Both the position numbers and the translations under genes were made by a program. A stretch of DNA of 64,000 nucleotides, from the NCBI GenBank assembly GCA_002189035.1, contig CM007990.1, forward strand, positions 2,976,001 through 3,040,000. Reading direction: 5' to 3'. The notes beneath the pieces were generated by a model. That model worked only from the letters and a program-made list of their open reading frames with translations. It did not search any database and was not told the origin of the DNA. Within the stretch, counting starts at the first letter, position 1. Each line of letters opens with the position of its first letter. Positions 10,648 to 24,345 of the stretch are shown piece after piece. The DNA is from Utricularia gibba (taxonomy: Eukaryota > Plantae > Magnoliophyta).

Positions 10648-13600
10648 TCATTGCAACCCGCCGCTGTTGTCCACATTGCTGAAACTTTCAACGGGAAAAA
10701 TCAAGTCGGGATCCATCTCCTGCTGCTGAGATATAAGGAGACCCACACAGCTTTTACTGCAATATGCCATTCATGAAAATATGATATGTTAAGACTATGG
10801 AATTAGATGATTTTATTTACAATTATATTATGTACGGACAAAATGTTCAATCAAACTCATGCTCATTTAATCACCTGGCCCATGATGGAATGCGTTTCTT
10901 CTGGCGCATTCCATCACTATCATAGTCTTCATCATCTGAACTCTGGTATGGAGAAATTTCATACGAGGTGCTATGAGAAGTGCGGTTCATCCTGTTGTCA
11001 TTCTCTTTGGGTGATTTATCCTCTATCATGTCCTAGAAGATATCGAAATAGTGTTATACAAAGCAATTGTGTCAAAATGGTGTCCATGTGAGATCGCTAT
11101 CTCTTGTATTTGAACCCCCAATACTATCTTTTCTCATGCCATCATGTGCACAACAAATAACCAGATATTATACCTTTCCAGCTTCAAAGCATTCCTTTTC
11201 TGAAACCAAGTCATCAGCTCCAACAGCATTGTTTCGTTCTTGCTTCTTTAGTTCTGAGTAAAATTCTTCCTTGGTGTTTTCCTACAATATTTAGGAAAAA
11301 GTTATACTATACCTACAACAAGGGAAAAAAAGCTTGTATAAATGAAAAAACACAAACAGTGCATAACCTTGGGCAGACTTTTTTCCTCAGCGTTATCAGT
11401 AAGCATTCTCTTCTCCTCTTGTTCCCTTTGACGAACCCTCATGTCTAGTCTGAGTCTTTTGTTGTGCTTTTTCTCTTCTTCCGCCAATAACCTCTTCTTC
11501 TCAATAATGTCTGCATTTTTTCTCTTTCGCTTTTCTTCTTTCTCTTTCTTCTCCTTTTCCACTTGTCTTAATTTTCTTTCAGCTAGCTTTTCTCGTTCTT
11601 GTTTCCAAGCTTCCTTCTTCCTTTGGCGCTCAATCTCTCTTTTCTCGGCATGGCGCTTGGCAGCCTCAGCAACCTCAAGAGCCTTAACCTTGACTTCCCT
11701 TTTCCCTACAGGGGAATGCAAGGTTCATAAACATTTACCGAAATAATCAAAACAGCAAATAGCCGATTCTGAAAAAACTTAACACGTTAATCCACAAGAA
11801 AAATGGAGATAACTAGAAAGTTGAGGTTTTATCAAAACCACAAAACAAAACAAACGTTTGGTGCAGCACATAGGGGAAGTGGATCGGAAAAATGCATAAT
11901 TGAAATGAACGCTGGAAAACAAATCTAATTATCAACAGCCAGGAAAACAGTTTAACTCAAAGAGAGTTCTGGATTTTCAGATGACCAGAGATTCTTACTT
12001 TCCTGAGCAAACCATACAAGTTTGATTTTGAAAGCACAAAAGTTGGTCAAACCATGGAAAAACAATTAAACTCCATCCTAGCATTTAGAAAAGAAGCTTG
12101 AAAATGTAAACGGACTACCTGCACAGGCAAACCCTACTGCTTGTTTTTGTTGCATCAGTGGGATGAAGGAATTGATATTGGAAACAATGTTGCCTCCTTG
12201 TTTGTATTTCAGTGAAACTGGAATGCTGTTGCAGTCAATAATTGATTTCGTTCCTGTCTTAATCAATTTTGTGACTAATTTATGATCAGTTGTCCTGTCA
12301 CGTGCAACTCTAACAGATGAATTCTCCTTGTCCCTGGTTGTTTTTCTGTTCCGACTATGATACTGGTAACTTAAACGGGCTTCACAGTGCTTCTCTGGAG
12401 AGGTTGATCTTGAGGTCAAACGCTTTGTGTCGCATGATTTCAAGGGATCATCGATCTCAGAAACTGAATGGAGGAGCACTCTTGAATTTTTGACATCCCT
12501 CATCGGCGTTCGGTCATCTATATAACCAGTCGATGAGTCCATGTTCACATTCTCAACAGCTTCATTCTCTTCACTGGTACTCGGATCTTCTTTTATCGAA
12601 AAGCAAGTAAATTCAGGATTCGAAATGTTCTTCTTTGAACTCCCAATGCGTGAAAGGCGGCCTTTCTGCAGTTTTCTGACAAGAGAAGTTTCCCGGTTTC
12701 CTGAACGAAAATCGTATTGTGAACCAAAAAAGGACATCCCTTGATCGTTGAAACCCGTATCATAACTTAGACTGCTGCCAAACTTCCAGCGCTCTAGATC
12801 ATCGGATAGGCCTAGGGTTCCATCAATCTGAACTTTAGATTTGAGATGGGACACAGGGGTACTGTTAGAAGATCTGTTGACTAGGTGTACTGTAGATTGT
12901 GGATGGCTCAGACCTTCAGAGTATATCTCATCTGCACCAAACTCCTCTTTATTACCATCTGTTTGTTCATCAAGAACAAACCGCTCTAATTCAGGGATAC
13001 ATTGATCCGGATCAGTAGATTTCAGTCTGATATTACTAGGATGAATATCAGAATATCTTGCTTGTTGGCACGATTTAGAATTTGGAGATATTGAGCCTTT
13101 GCTCATTTTCATTGGAAGAACTGGTTTTTTAGAATTTCTGTCATCCATGTTCTCTGGACTAGATAAGTGTTGGCTGACTTTCCCATGAATCAGCTGCCCT
13201 GCGGAAAAATGGTCTCTGCTTGGCCGCATGGGCGTAATTTCCTCAGTGAGGCTTTCCTGAGAAATTTTAGTCTTGCCATTGAGTATTCCTGACTTCTTAC
13301 CGCTCAGAGAGTATACTGTATGCTGTTCGTTCGCATCCGTATGAGCACACGCAACCTACAGAAGTTTAGTATCAGATATCCATCATGATGGAATGAAGCA
13401 CCTAAAGAATAAGCAAATTCAAAGGGAGAAACAAAAAAACATAAAGCCTCATTAATCTTCCTATGTTAGTAAGATTCAGTAATGTGGTTATGCACACAGT
13501 CAAGTATCATTCTGAGTTGAGCACAATGAGAAGGTTACCGCATTTTCATCAATGTTTCGAGGCTTCCTAATCCTCAATCTAGGCGACGTGCAAATATCAT

Positions 13601-16107
13601 TTGTTATCTTATCCTGAATCTTCACTTTTTTGGACGGTGGCCATGATTCCCGGTTGGCATATCTGAAGATACGATCAAGTGCGAGAGTGCCACCTAATAA
13701 TCTGATGTTGTATGCTTCAAGGCTTGTATCCTCGGTCGAAAATTCCTGATGATGTAATAAGTTGACGCACTTGATGCATGATACCTCAGGTTCGTGGGTA
13801 GGAACGTTCCTAGTCTTGGCGTGAGCAATAATTCCACAGCCTGGACAAGCATTTACATCATTCTCGGAGTTTATTGATTTCACATTAAGGCTCAAATTTT
13901 CTGGTGACTCAGGACTCCTAGTTGGCTGATCCACAACAGCGTCAATCAACGTATTAGACAGTACAGCAGGATCCGGATCTAGTGGAGAATCTGAAAGAGT
14001 CATTATAGGCAGCTGTACATTTTTTCCTGCATGATAACAATATCCAGAACAAGAAAGATTCAAATGACCTTGATTTTCATTCAAAGTAAATACATTATCT
14101 ACACAACGCTTACCACTTTCTATCAGGAAAGTTTTCTCATCAGATGTCAAATGAGGCTCATCAACCACAGGTCTTCTTGGTTTTGAAAATTTTCCATTGT
14201 CCACACAATGGTTACCACTTTGTATCAGTAAAGTTTTCTCATCAGATGTCAACTTAGGCTCATCAACCACAGGTCTTCTTGGTTTTGAAAATTTTCCATA
14301 AATGGCTTGCTCATCCACAGAATTTGGAAACTTTTGTGGTAGCCCGCACAACAGCCCTACAGAAGGAATAACTGTCACTATTTCATCTTGGGGCTCATTA
14401 ACGATCTCAGGTGATAACCCACTTAAATGAGCAACATCAAAGTGTTCAGCCTTTCCAACATGAGACAATGCTTCAGGCTCAGAAACTTGATTATCACTGG
14501 CAATAATACTCCGTAGAGGGCGCATAGAAGTTTGAGAATGAAATGGACCATTTGCTCCACAATTATGACTTGACGAAACACAAATTTCGGCTGGAAATGT
14601 AGTGCAATCAGCATAGGGGTTATCCTCCTTGAAATCAGAAATATGCCTTCTTTGTCTTTTGCTTGCCAATAGAAACGAAGAGCTCCTCTCCTTTGGGTTT
14701 GAGGAGCAGCGGATTTCAGCATTAACTGTGGGCACCTTATACAAACCATTGACCAAATCAGGATCTTCAGTTTTTTTATGAGTAATGATAGCAGGGTCTG
14801 GCAATTTTAGGACAGTATCCTCAACTAATTTGGAGACTAATGGGGAATATGCAACCTGGCCAGAGCAAACCCCATCATTCTCACAACTGCTGGATCTGGT
14901 ATTAGCTAGACTTTTGGCTCTGCTACGAATCTCCAGAGCTTTCTGCCTGGACCTTGATCTCGTCAGTGAAGTTATGCACTTCGTGTGACCTGTCAGACTT
15001 GCATGTGTGAGATTTGACTCCGGATTCTTATTTAAGCCAACCAACGTTTTCTGCAAAGAATTGGTCCCTACTTCGGGTAGGACATGTGGCGTTTTGGGAT
15101 TTCCAGTATCACATTCAAATGATTTAGACTTCACTTGCTTGTTTAGGCCATCAGGTGTAGCAGCAAACTTGAGTGCATACACCACAAGATCCTTCCCGCT
15201 CCGTGATCGTTCTGCAGTTAAATTCCCCTTCCCAGTGCGTTCATCAAAGACAAGATCTCCAAATGAGAGTCCGTACGACGATCCTTCGGCATTGTAGGAG
15301 GGAAATTGCGCAATATCATGTTGAAGTGACACCTTTGGATGAGGGCATAGAATTCTAGTAACCAAATCTTCCTTGATCGGCTCTGCAGTAGCATAATAAG
15401 AATCATAACAAATAATATTCGAAGAGGACTTTCCAAAACAAAAAAATATGGATCCCATAGTCCCATGCTTCTCAAAATTTCACTTAAATGTTATTTCAAC
15501 AATCAATCAATCATTACGCGTACGAAGGTAACCATAAACTAATGGCATTCCAGCCCACATATCACATGCACTTGAAGTGAAAAAAAAAGGGGGTGGGGTA
15601 CTGATCCTTAGCAAATTTCTGCAGTGCTGAAGAAAGGTAAAGGAAACAAAAGAGCATTATTAAGCAAACTTGAGATCCAAGACTTTTAGAAACCATAGAA
15701 ATTAGCCATACACCATATGTTTACACAAAATTCAAATTGATCATTGGACAAGACACCTTTCGAATCAGATAAAGTGTCAGGATTTCCACCTATCCCGTGC
15801 ACTTGAAGAGAAAAAATTCAGTTAATGCAAGAGCATTAAGAAAACTCCAGATCCAAGACTTTTAAAAACCATAGAAACTGGCCATCCACCATATGTTTAA
15901 ACAAACTTCAAATTAAACATTGGACAAGAAACCTTTCGAATCAGATAAAGCGTCAGGGTTCCAAAGCCACGTTGGAGGGGTAATTCCGTCGACTAGGAGC
16001 TTCGAAGCGAGGTGTTGGGTGTACGAATTCGTCTGCTGCTTCACCTGCTCTACTATCGAGTTTTTCCGCTCGAAGATCTGCACAAACAGTGTCTCAACCG
16101 TCGTCAT
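10648..16107 (-). CDS. WYR: Inner centromere protein (INCENP)/WYRD-like. Exons 15933-16107, 13539-15382, 12119-13355, 11368-11705, 11174-11281, 10875-11032, 10648-10756 (~1320 aa)
   Basis: The N-terminus MTTVETLFVQIFERKNSIVEQVKQQ..HLASKLLVDGITPPTWLW is typical of plant INCENP. It also has a GKREVKVKALEVAEAAKR coiled coil and a C-terminal IN-box SYEISPYQSSDDEDYD...KKRIPSWASK...QQEMDPDLIFP. All seven exons join in phase via GT-AG introns. Confidence 0.9.
14094..14298 (-). repeat. 102-bp (34-aa) in-frame tandem duplication inside INCENP exon 2
   Basis: GKFSKPRRPVVDEPKLTSDEKTLLIQSGNHCVDN / GKFSKPRRPVVDEPHLTSDEKTFLIESGKRCVDN. Confidence 0.95.
15560..15962. repeat. ~176-bp tandem duplication spanning the INCENP exon1/intron1 junction
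   Basis: 15661-15786 is closely similar to 15838-15962 (GATCCAAGACTTTTA..ACCATAGAAA..ACCTTTCGAATCAGATAAAG.GTCAGG). The donor sites at 15756 and 15932 are 176 bp apart. Confidence 0.9.
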
Positions 16108-16599
16108 CTCCTCCACCGAGGTCACGTTAAACCCATGACCCAAAATCCAGACATAATTTGGCTGTTCTTCTACGTGTGTGAGTTGAAATTCAAAACTTTG
16201 GGCGGAAAACCAAACGAAGACTCCGGGTCGGATCACAAAATGAGGCCGCCACAACCCAGACATTTTGAAAATGAATTTTCGGAAAATGAGAATGAAAAAT
16301 AGAATAAAAATGAGAAATAACATGAATTTGTGTTCTGTAAATTTAAAAATGGACTGTAAAATGAAAAATGCGTTCGGATGGAAAATGAAAAATGTGTTCG
16401 GATGTTAAATAAAAATAGATTTTAAATCAATTAAAAGGTTAAGTTAATATAAAATATCAATCGTAAATCCAATACATTAATAAAAATTTAAAAGGTTAAA
16501 TTAATATATATTTATTAATAAAAAATTAAATTTATCATTCACATTTTTAACGCCTTGCACCACTATGCGCTTGCCACATATTTGTACAAATTTTGTTTC

Positions 16600-17543
16600 T
16601 CAAGAGTCTCCATATAAATGCCATTCTTATGTTAACTAGTTACTTCATCTCTATGATCATCATTTTCGTTGTATTCATCAAGTAATGATCTATCAAGAGA
16701 GTCATCCATTTTTTGAAGAAAGTTATGAATTACTATTGCTGTAGAACTCAATACTATTTGGTGTTTGAGCTTTATATTTGGAGGTATTTCATTTAACATA
16801 TGGAAACATTTTTTTCCAAACTCCAAATGTTCTTTCAATAATAGACCTTAATAAAGAATGTGTATGATTAAATAATTCATTTGGACCATTATATCTTGGG
16901 CCACATTGGAAATTCGGAAAATGATACCTTTCTCCATGGTATGGAGCCATGAAACTTTTAATATTAGTAAACCTAGCATCAATAAGATAATATTTATCTA
17001 TAAAATTTAAAATTGTATAATTAAAATATAAAAATATAATAAAAGAATTTATTCGCATAATATATATATCATTTGGTTGGTTTAGGAAAATTTTAGCTTT
17101 TATCTTCAAGAAAATAAGACAAAATACTATTATTATGTGATATTCCCTTGAAGCCAATCATAACATAAGAAAAATGCATATTAAAATTACACATTACTAA
17201 TATATTTTGCATGGATATACCTTTACAACCAATTAAGCCCACCCATTCATTTTTAGGAACACAAGCTTTAATATGAATAGCATCAATGCAATTTTCAAAA
17301 TTTAGATAATATTTGGAATTAATCTTACATGTGAATGAACTATCGTGTAATCTTGTGAAGATTTCACCCAATCAATAGCTATTCATGAACAAGCTTTGAG
17401 AACATTATGGAAGGTTGTGCTAATGATATTTGCATTATGCTAAAAAAATTCTTATAATTGTCTATTCTTTATCCTAGTACCAACAATCTTTAGAAATATA
17501 GCTACTTTCTCTTCAACAAACACATATTTTCTTCTCTCTAACC
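16600..17543 (-). mobile_element. PIF/Harbinger transposase remnant (DDE_Tnp_4 type), truncated by an LTR
   Basis: Remnants read VEEKVAIFLKIVG; NCIDAIHIKACVP...QNILVMCNFNMHFSYV; YYLIDARFTNIKSFMAPYHGERYH...ELFNHTHSLLRSIIERTFGVWKK; AIVIHNFL. Confidence 0.85.
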
Positions 17544-18760
17544 TGATGGTGATTCTGCAAGTGAACAGAAACTGTCGAAGTAATAAAATAAGATCGTATT
17601 CACAGGGAATTGTTATTGGAATTTTCTTTTCAAAACAAAGATTTAAAAAAACTGAAAACAAAAGAAAGATTTGGTTTTGAAGACAATAAGAGGGCCTTAG
17701 ATCTAAGATTCACCTTACTTGAAACTCGCCCTTACGTGTGTGCAAACCTTGAGAACTGACCTGCTTGCGCAATCTTTGGGGGTGTTATGCTAAAATAATG
17801 CTACTCGATGACCGTTATAGCACCGTCTCTTGTTTTGTAGGATTATAGAATCAACCACGCCACCAGAGCCATTTCACCTCTTGTGATAACCCATGTTTTC
17901 CCCACACCTAAATCTAACCCCTACACCTCACACCTTGCAAACAGATTAGACAGAATGTGTCTTACCAACGATGTCCGATTGAGCCCTTCTCCTTAGGTGC
18001 TTGAGGCCAACCTTTGATTCTCCTACACTCCCTTAGGGTTATGGTATTAAAGATCATGTTGGTAAAGAAAACGTTGTGAAAAACAGAATCAAACCTCAAA
18101 TTAAATACTGAAAAACATAGTAAGACAATCATGCCCCACAAAAGATCGTCACAACAGATCGTCAGTCGCAAGCGCTCACACGCGCATGCTTGACTCTAAA
18201 CAACAAAAGTTGATGAAACGAAGGGAAAGACATCCCAAACATGCTGGACTCGACTCTATACCCTAAATTGACTTTCTGGTCTTCCCCCCCCCCCCCCCCA
18301 CACTTGACTCCCTCCTTTAATCTTCGCGTTTGGATCTTTATATAATGGTGAGGACTTGTCGAGCTTTCTTGATAGGCTCATATCAAATCTTCTATCTGGA
18401 TCTTCTAAGATTTGATACATATCTTCTAGGTTAAGATCCAAGTTTTCCAAGATAAGATGCGAATCTTATCTTATCTGAGAATCTTTGACCGATTCTTGAT
18501 CCGGATAGATCAAATTTTAGACTCCATCAAAGTAGCTTGAAAATCTTCCAAATTATGCCAAAATTGTCCTGAAAAATCACAAAATGCACTTTCCCTCCAA
18601 AAAGATCAAAGTGGTATGAAAAATATATAATTCTTCTAACAACACAGGAAAAGTGAAATAAAAAGAAGGTAAAACCCATCTAAGTGAGTCCTAAAAAGCA
18701 TAAATATAAGTGACACTCATTTATCAATTCCCCCACACTTAAATGTTTGCTTGTCCTCAA
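17544..18760 (-). mobile_element. Athila-like 3' LTR (family A, 17544-18726) with adjacent PPT
   Basis: TGATGG...TTATCA termini. The minus strand reads TTGCTTGAGGACAAGCAAACATTTAAGTGTGGGGGAAT|TGATAAATG, the usual Athila 3' end and PPT. Confidence 0.75.
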
Positions 18761-18924
18761 GCAATTGTTCAAGGTATTTTCCTTTAAAATAGTAACTTGC
18801 AAATAGAGTTAAGGCAACAATATGCATAAGTTGTTCAATGGCATACCATACACTAGTCCCCCCTTGCACGTAGCTACTCCTCACAAGTGTCACTCAATAC
18901 GCTCAAGAAGAGAAATCCATAAGA

Positions 18925-19870
18925 GAAGGGTAAGATCCACCTTGCTTAAAACTCGCCCTTGCGTGTGTGCAAACCTTCAAAACTAACCTGCTTGCGCAAG
19001 CTCTGGGGGTGTTATTCTAAAGGAGTGCTACTCGATGACCGTTATAACACCGTCCCTTATTTTGTGGGATTATGGAATCAACCACGCCACCAGAGCCATT
19101 TCACCTCTTGTGATAACCCATGTTTTCCCCACACCCAAATCTAACCTCTATACCTCACACCTCACAAACATATTAGACAGAATGTGTCTTACCAACGATG
19201 TCCAATTGAGCCCTTCTCTTTAGGTGCTTGAGGTCAACCTTTGAATCTCTCACATTCCCTTCGGGTTATGTGATACTAAAGAGCACGCTGGTAAAGAAAA
19301 CATTGCGAAAAGCATAATCAAACCTTAATTTAAATGTCAAAAAACATAGTAAAACAGTCACATGCACAAGACTTGCGCAAGCAAGGCTTCACCGCAGATC
19401 CTCAACTGCAAGCACCTACACGCGCAGACTTGACTCTAACATGAAAATAGACACGAAAATAGGAAAAGTATAAAGAAAAAGTGGTCAAAGACGTCTCTAA
19501 TGGTTGAGAGAGCGGGGTATTTATAGGAGAGTAGATCCAAGTTTTCGTATTGAGCTTATTCGATAGGCTTGGATAAGATCTTCTATCCAAATCTTTTATC
19601 CAAATCTTTCAAGATCTTCTTCATATCTCTATCTTATCCACGAATCTTAGACCAAATCTTCATCGTTTGACCGAGTCTTGATCCGAGATTCGTGGCCCAT
19701 CAAGTCCCTAATTTGGTGGGTCTTGATTTCTCCTCAAATTGATCCAAAAGTACTCTAAAAATCCACAAAATACACTTTCTCTCTAAAAAGATCAAAGTAA
19801 TGTGAAAGATACAAAATCAATTGAAAATAATGAGAAAGTGGAGTCTAAGATAAGTAAAACAATACTCAAG
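18925..19870 (-). mobile_element. Partial second copy of LTR family A
   Basis: It aligns to 17710-18690, e.g. AAACTCGCCCTT.CGTGTGTGCAAACCTT, CTACTCGATGACCGTTATA and ATCAACCACGCCACCAGAGCCATTTCACCTCTTGTGATAACCCATG. Confidence 0.85.
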
Positions 19871-20487
19871 AGTAATGAAAGAACATGTTTTGGAACGACA
19901 CAAAATCACTGATCATGTCTCAAAGAAGTAAAGATGAACATTTTTCATATTAAAAAGCTACTATTAAAAAACTAACAGATGTTGTATCATTCAAGTCACA
20001 TTATTTAAACAATGTGACAATACAAAAGGAATGCAATGATTTGACTCGCTCCCTTGGAACACAAACATTTAGTAAGTTTTTAGCTTTGCTATATTTTATT
20101 CAAAATAAGTAAGAAACATTGGGTGAGATATAAAACCTCCCCAGAAACTTAATTGTCTAACAAATCAATAGCAGCGTAAGTTGTATAGTGGGCTTCCAAC
20201 TTCAAGTCAATCTATATAGGCCAAAACTACAGTAGCCTTTGCAATACTATATTCAATAGTCATACTCACTCTTTTAGCTATTAATTCGTTGTATTCAATC
20301 ATTTTAGTTACTAATATTACTATCAAATCATAATTGTTTCCATGTTTGGACCTAGTTCTTTTTACACTAATGGATGGAATCTAACTTTTTTTTGGGCAAA
20401 ATTCAAATACTACTGTAGTGTTTAAAGAACTATTATGCACATCATTGGAATATACATCTACAATATTTTCAAATGAATCATATTCAT

Positions 20488-20742
20488 TATGAGGGTTCAA
20501 GCTTTAAGAACTTTGCTCTTTAGTTTTTAGCTTCTTCTACTTCATATCAATCCAGCCAATTAGATGTGTCCAATTGAAATCATGAGGTGGTACCATATGT
20601 TGATCTTGCATGCGTGCCATATGTTGATCTTGTATGTGTGTCAGATGTTGATCTTACATATATGTTACATGTTGATCTTCCATGTGCACCACATGTTCGT
20701 CTTGCATGTGTGCCACATGTTGTTGCACATAAAATACGGATT
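20488..20742 (+). mobile_element. 5' fragment of a Tekay-like LTR containing a 24-bp minisatellite
   Basis: Reverse complement of 28553-28822. It carries ~5.5 units of CAYATGTTGATCTTRYATGYGTGY at 20594-20725. Confidence 0.75.
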
Positions 20743-21375
20743 ACGTGAGTTCATTCTCTGAAACCCTGGGCTTGCTCTCCACTTCATACACCCTCTTGTT
20801 TGAGGTTTGCTTCCTGATAATATGTCTTGAATGCTCAGCCAACTCCTCAAGCAAGGAAAGAGCTTCGGTTGGTGTCTTTTTTCTTAGAAATCCTCCCGCC
20901 GCTGAATCTACCATGGCACGGTCAGTGCATAATAATCCATCATAGAAGTATTTGACCAAAGCATTGGTTTGAAAACCATGGTGTGGGCAGGATCCCAAAA
21001 GATGGTTGAATCTTTCCCAATATTCGTAAAATGATTCTCCACTCATTTGTTCAACATCACTGATTTCTTTCCTAATACCTTCAGCCTTGGAAACTGGAAA
21101 ATATTTACTCAAAAATTCCTTCTTCATTCCAGCCCAATCGGTTATGCTTCCAGGTCTTAGTGAGTTAAACCACGTTTTGGCTCCTCCTTCCAAAGTAAAT
21201 TGGAAGTCTCTCAAACAAATGGAATCTTCAGTCATTCCAACTTCCTTGAATGATGTGCATACCGCTGTTACATTGTCTAAATGCTCATGGGGGTTCTCTC
21301 TAATTTTTCCATAGAACTTTGGCAAAAAATTTATCATCGCCGACTTCAGCTCATTTGCTCCATCCTCTGGAAATC
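20741..21375 (-). mobile_element. Athila-like retrotransposon gag fragment
   Basis: ELKSAMINFLPKFYG..ENPHEHL...FQFTLEGGAKTWFNSL..SITDW..KKEFLSKYFP...ESFYEYWERFNHLLGSCPHHGF...FYDGL...DSAAGG. Confidence 0.9.
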
Positions 21376-22708
21376 TGATGCACAGACCCCTAATCTACAC
21401 AAAATACAAATTTAGAAAACTTGTATAATGGATGAAGGGGTCGATCACGAAGAGCTTGTGCTTGTCAAGTGTTTTAGTGAGTGCATAATTCGGGATAACA
21501 GTAGGTTTTAGTCTAAGCTCGGACTAACAGTGGAAAAAAAGTTCAGTAAACAAGGTGGGTAAGCAGTATGAGGTTTCTACGCTAAGGTAACAGGTACTGG
21601 TTTTGACTCAGACTAACACGAGGACGCCTTAAGGATCTGCGGGTGGTACCATACTAAGGTTCCTAACTTAATTTGCTATCTTCCTACACTTACAACTTCG
21701 AATAACCTAGGTCTACCCAGGTCATTCATCATATTTTTGGCTTAACACCGACTGCAATTAGGTCTACCCGCATGCAAGGTATATAGAAGTAGGTCTACGC
21801 GGTTCTACTGGTTCTACCCTGGACTAACACCAACTGCTCCCGTCTTGGTTTGTTGGTCTACCTCTAAACCAAGCTTCTAAGTTGTGAAACTACTTATTTC
21901 CCTCCTTAGGTCTACCTATGGTTTGTTAGAAACAAGAGTTAAGGAATACACATAAATTTCATCTATAACCCTAAGCACACACCACACCCCTTCACCTTAA
22001 GGCATCCCTAAGACTCTAGCCACTTTGGAAATAAAACACGATTTCATTCACATAAGCTGGCCAAAATGGCAGAAACATTGTAACAAGTCAAATGCAGAAA
22101 CTTGAAATGTTCAGAAAAACGGAAAGCAAATAGATAATGTTTTTCCGCCTGCTATCTACTGTTCACAGCCCTAAAAAGTAGTACTGGACTGGGCTCCGGT
22201 GCTGTTCTCGATGATGAAGGCCTCCCTTCCCCCTTTCCGGTTGGTGTTTCTCGCGTTGGGAAGAAGACCCCTTTTGCGTCCCCCCACTATTCGCTTCTTC
22301 GTGCTCTCCTCTTTTTTCGAATTAATTTCCTTTTCTTTTGCTTCACTCCATTGCACTGTTTCTGACTGCCAGTACTGTTCCTGACCGCCAGTACTGCTCC
22401 TGGCCTGAACTTGCAGACTACGGTGGCAGCAGAAAAATGCTCTTTGTCCTTCCCCGGATTTTGCGCCCTTCTTTGCTTGTTTTACAGCTTTCCAGTCTGA
22501 TTTTCGGCTCATCTCCCTGCTGAACTTACTAAAACATCAGTAACAAGAGTTGTGGACTAAATCAAAGGATTTAGTCCACTTTTCAACATAATCACATAGG
22601 ATTAACATAAACACCACTAAAGCATGAAAAACCACATTTATCTAACCTAAACCATAATAAAATATGACTATTTTGCATTATGAATTTCAGGAAAAATGTG
22701 TGTTATCA
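21376..22708 (-). mobile_element. Athila-like LTR (family B), full length, no TSD
   Basis: TGATGCAC...GTTATCA termini and a GGGTCGATCAC motif. Homologous to 27113-28054 and 60935-61785. Confidence 0.8.
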
Positions 22709-23825
22709 ATTCCTTTTAAGGCTTTGCTTTTCTTTGAAATTGATTTATGCAAACTTATGTGCCTATGTAAAGTTGGTGCTTAATTTTCATTTCTTTAGGT
22801 GTGATTGTGTCTATGCTCAAAAACCTTTTATGTTGCATGAATATTCTAACAAGTGAGTAAGCTATTTATGTTATTTTGGAAAACGATTTTGAAGACACAA
22901 AAGTATGATTCTCTTTACTAAGGATAACCACCTCTGTTACTTTTTAAGATGGTATTTCTTTGTTGTAGCTTTTACCATATGTATTTCTATGTATTATGTG
23001 ATAAACAAGTTAGAAAGAATGAAGAACATATGAATGCATATCTTCAACAACGTGGTTGTACCATAGGCACTATGGCTAATATGTCAGGTATACTTGAGGT
23101 ACTATGTATAAGTGGAAGGTGAAAAAGTATAAATATTATGCAAGAAAGATATGATCTAATATGTTATGTATAGTTTGAGTTTGTAATTCTGTGGTCCGAG
23201 GTGGCTCCCTTGATTGTAGAACCATGGACAAGGTTATCTTATATCTCACCTATCATGTTTTTACAGTAATGCCAAGATTAAATGGCTATGAGAAGTGAGA
23301 AAAGTTAGTTATGGAAACTTGTAATGTGTTTCAATTTTTTTTATAAAAACTCTTTATGTGCTATCTTTCTATATTTTATGGTTTTAACTTGTTTTAAAAC
23401 TCAAAAGTATAACCACTTTTTTTTATTTATTTTAGGAGATGAAGGGAGCCAATATAGGTCCAATGATCAAGTAAGTTTTCTCAAAACCTATGGATGTATA
23501 TATACATAGTAACATAGCTTGTTTGCTAAGTTTGCATGAATATGGTATATGTACATATAATATATATTACGTTTTGAATTTATTTGATTATGAACTTATG
23601 AACTATGTTAGACAAAAACATTTGGACAGAGTCTTATATCTTTGGTTGTATGCTTTGGATGAGATAGGACATGTGTGTTGTTGTATGCTTTGGTTTGTTA
23701 AGTGTTCTAACTTTGTTATGTATGATATCTAACTGATTCTACTACATGAAGTTAAAATGAGGAGAAAGGCTGTGTGTAGGGGAAGGTCAGTAGGTGTGGA
23801 AACTTCTATTGAGTAAGAAGAGTAT

Positions 23826-24345
23826 GTGGAACCTAGAATAGAATCAAAACAACCAACTAGACCAGTGGATGAATTGATGAGGGAATTTTTTTTTTTAATT
23901 GATGAGGGAATTGATGCAAACTTTTATTGCTGTAGTGAAAAGTTTAAAAAACATGTTAATAAGGTGCATCAATCAACAGGTCAAGTGGATGCTACTACTG
24001 GCAATGGAAGTAGCCAATAGATAGGAAAAGAGGCTAACGATTACCATAAAACCTTAAAAAGGTAGGAGTTCAAGCCTTCAAGAATAGAATACCAGAGGAA
24101 GCGAAAGCATGGGTTCTGAAATTGGAAGAGAAATTTGAGTTGATTAGTATGAAAACAATGCTAGGTGTTCATTGGCTCGATAGAAATTCCACGTCATGGT
24201 AGAGAAATGTGGGAAACCACGTGATGAGAGGAGGTGCTACCTCTTGGTCCAAGTTCAGAGTAGCATTTTATGACCATTTCTTCCGGGAAGAGTTAAGACA
24301 TGAGAAGAGGATGGAGTTTGATAGGTTTCATCAAGGAACTATGAT
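23826..24345 (+). mobile_element. Ty3/gypsy Tekay/Del-like gag remnant (copy 1)
   Basis: EEAKAWVLKLEEKFELI...SWSKFRVAFYDHFFREELRHEKRMEFDRFHQGTM. Homologous to 30965-31485. Confidence 0.75.

Noticed and set aside
11441-11746. 101-aa Ser/Phe-rich + strand ORF
   Set aside because: Antisense shadow of the INCENP Lys/Glu coiled-coil exon.
13500-15458. 652-aa ORF as a stand-alone gene starting MGSIFF
   Set aside because: Its ends are intronic; it is exon 2 (13539-15382) of INCENP.
4200-16107. Functional link between the centromeric retrotransposon and the inner centromere protein gene
   Set aside because: Only positional coincidence; no sequence evidence of interaction.
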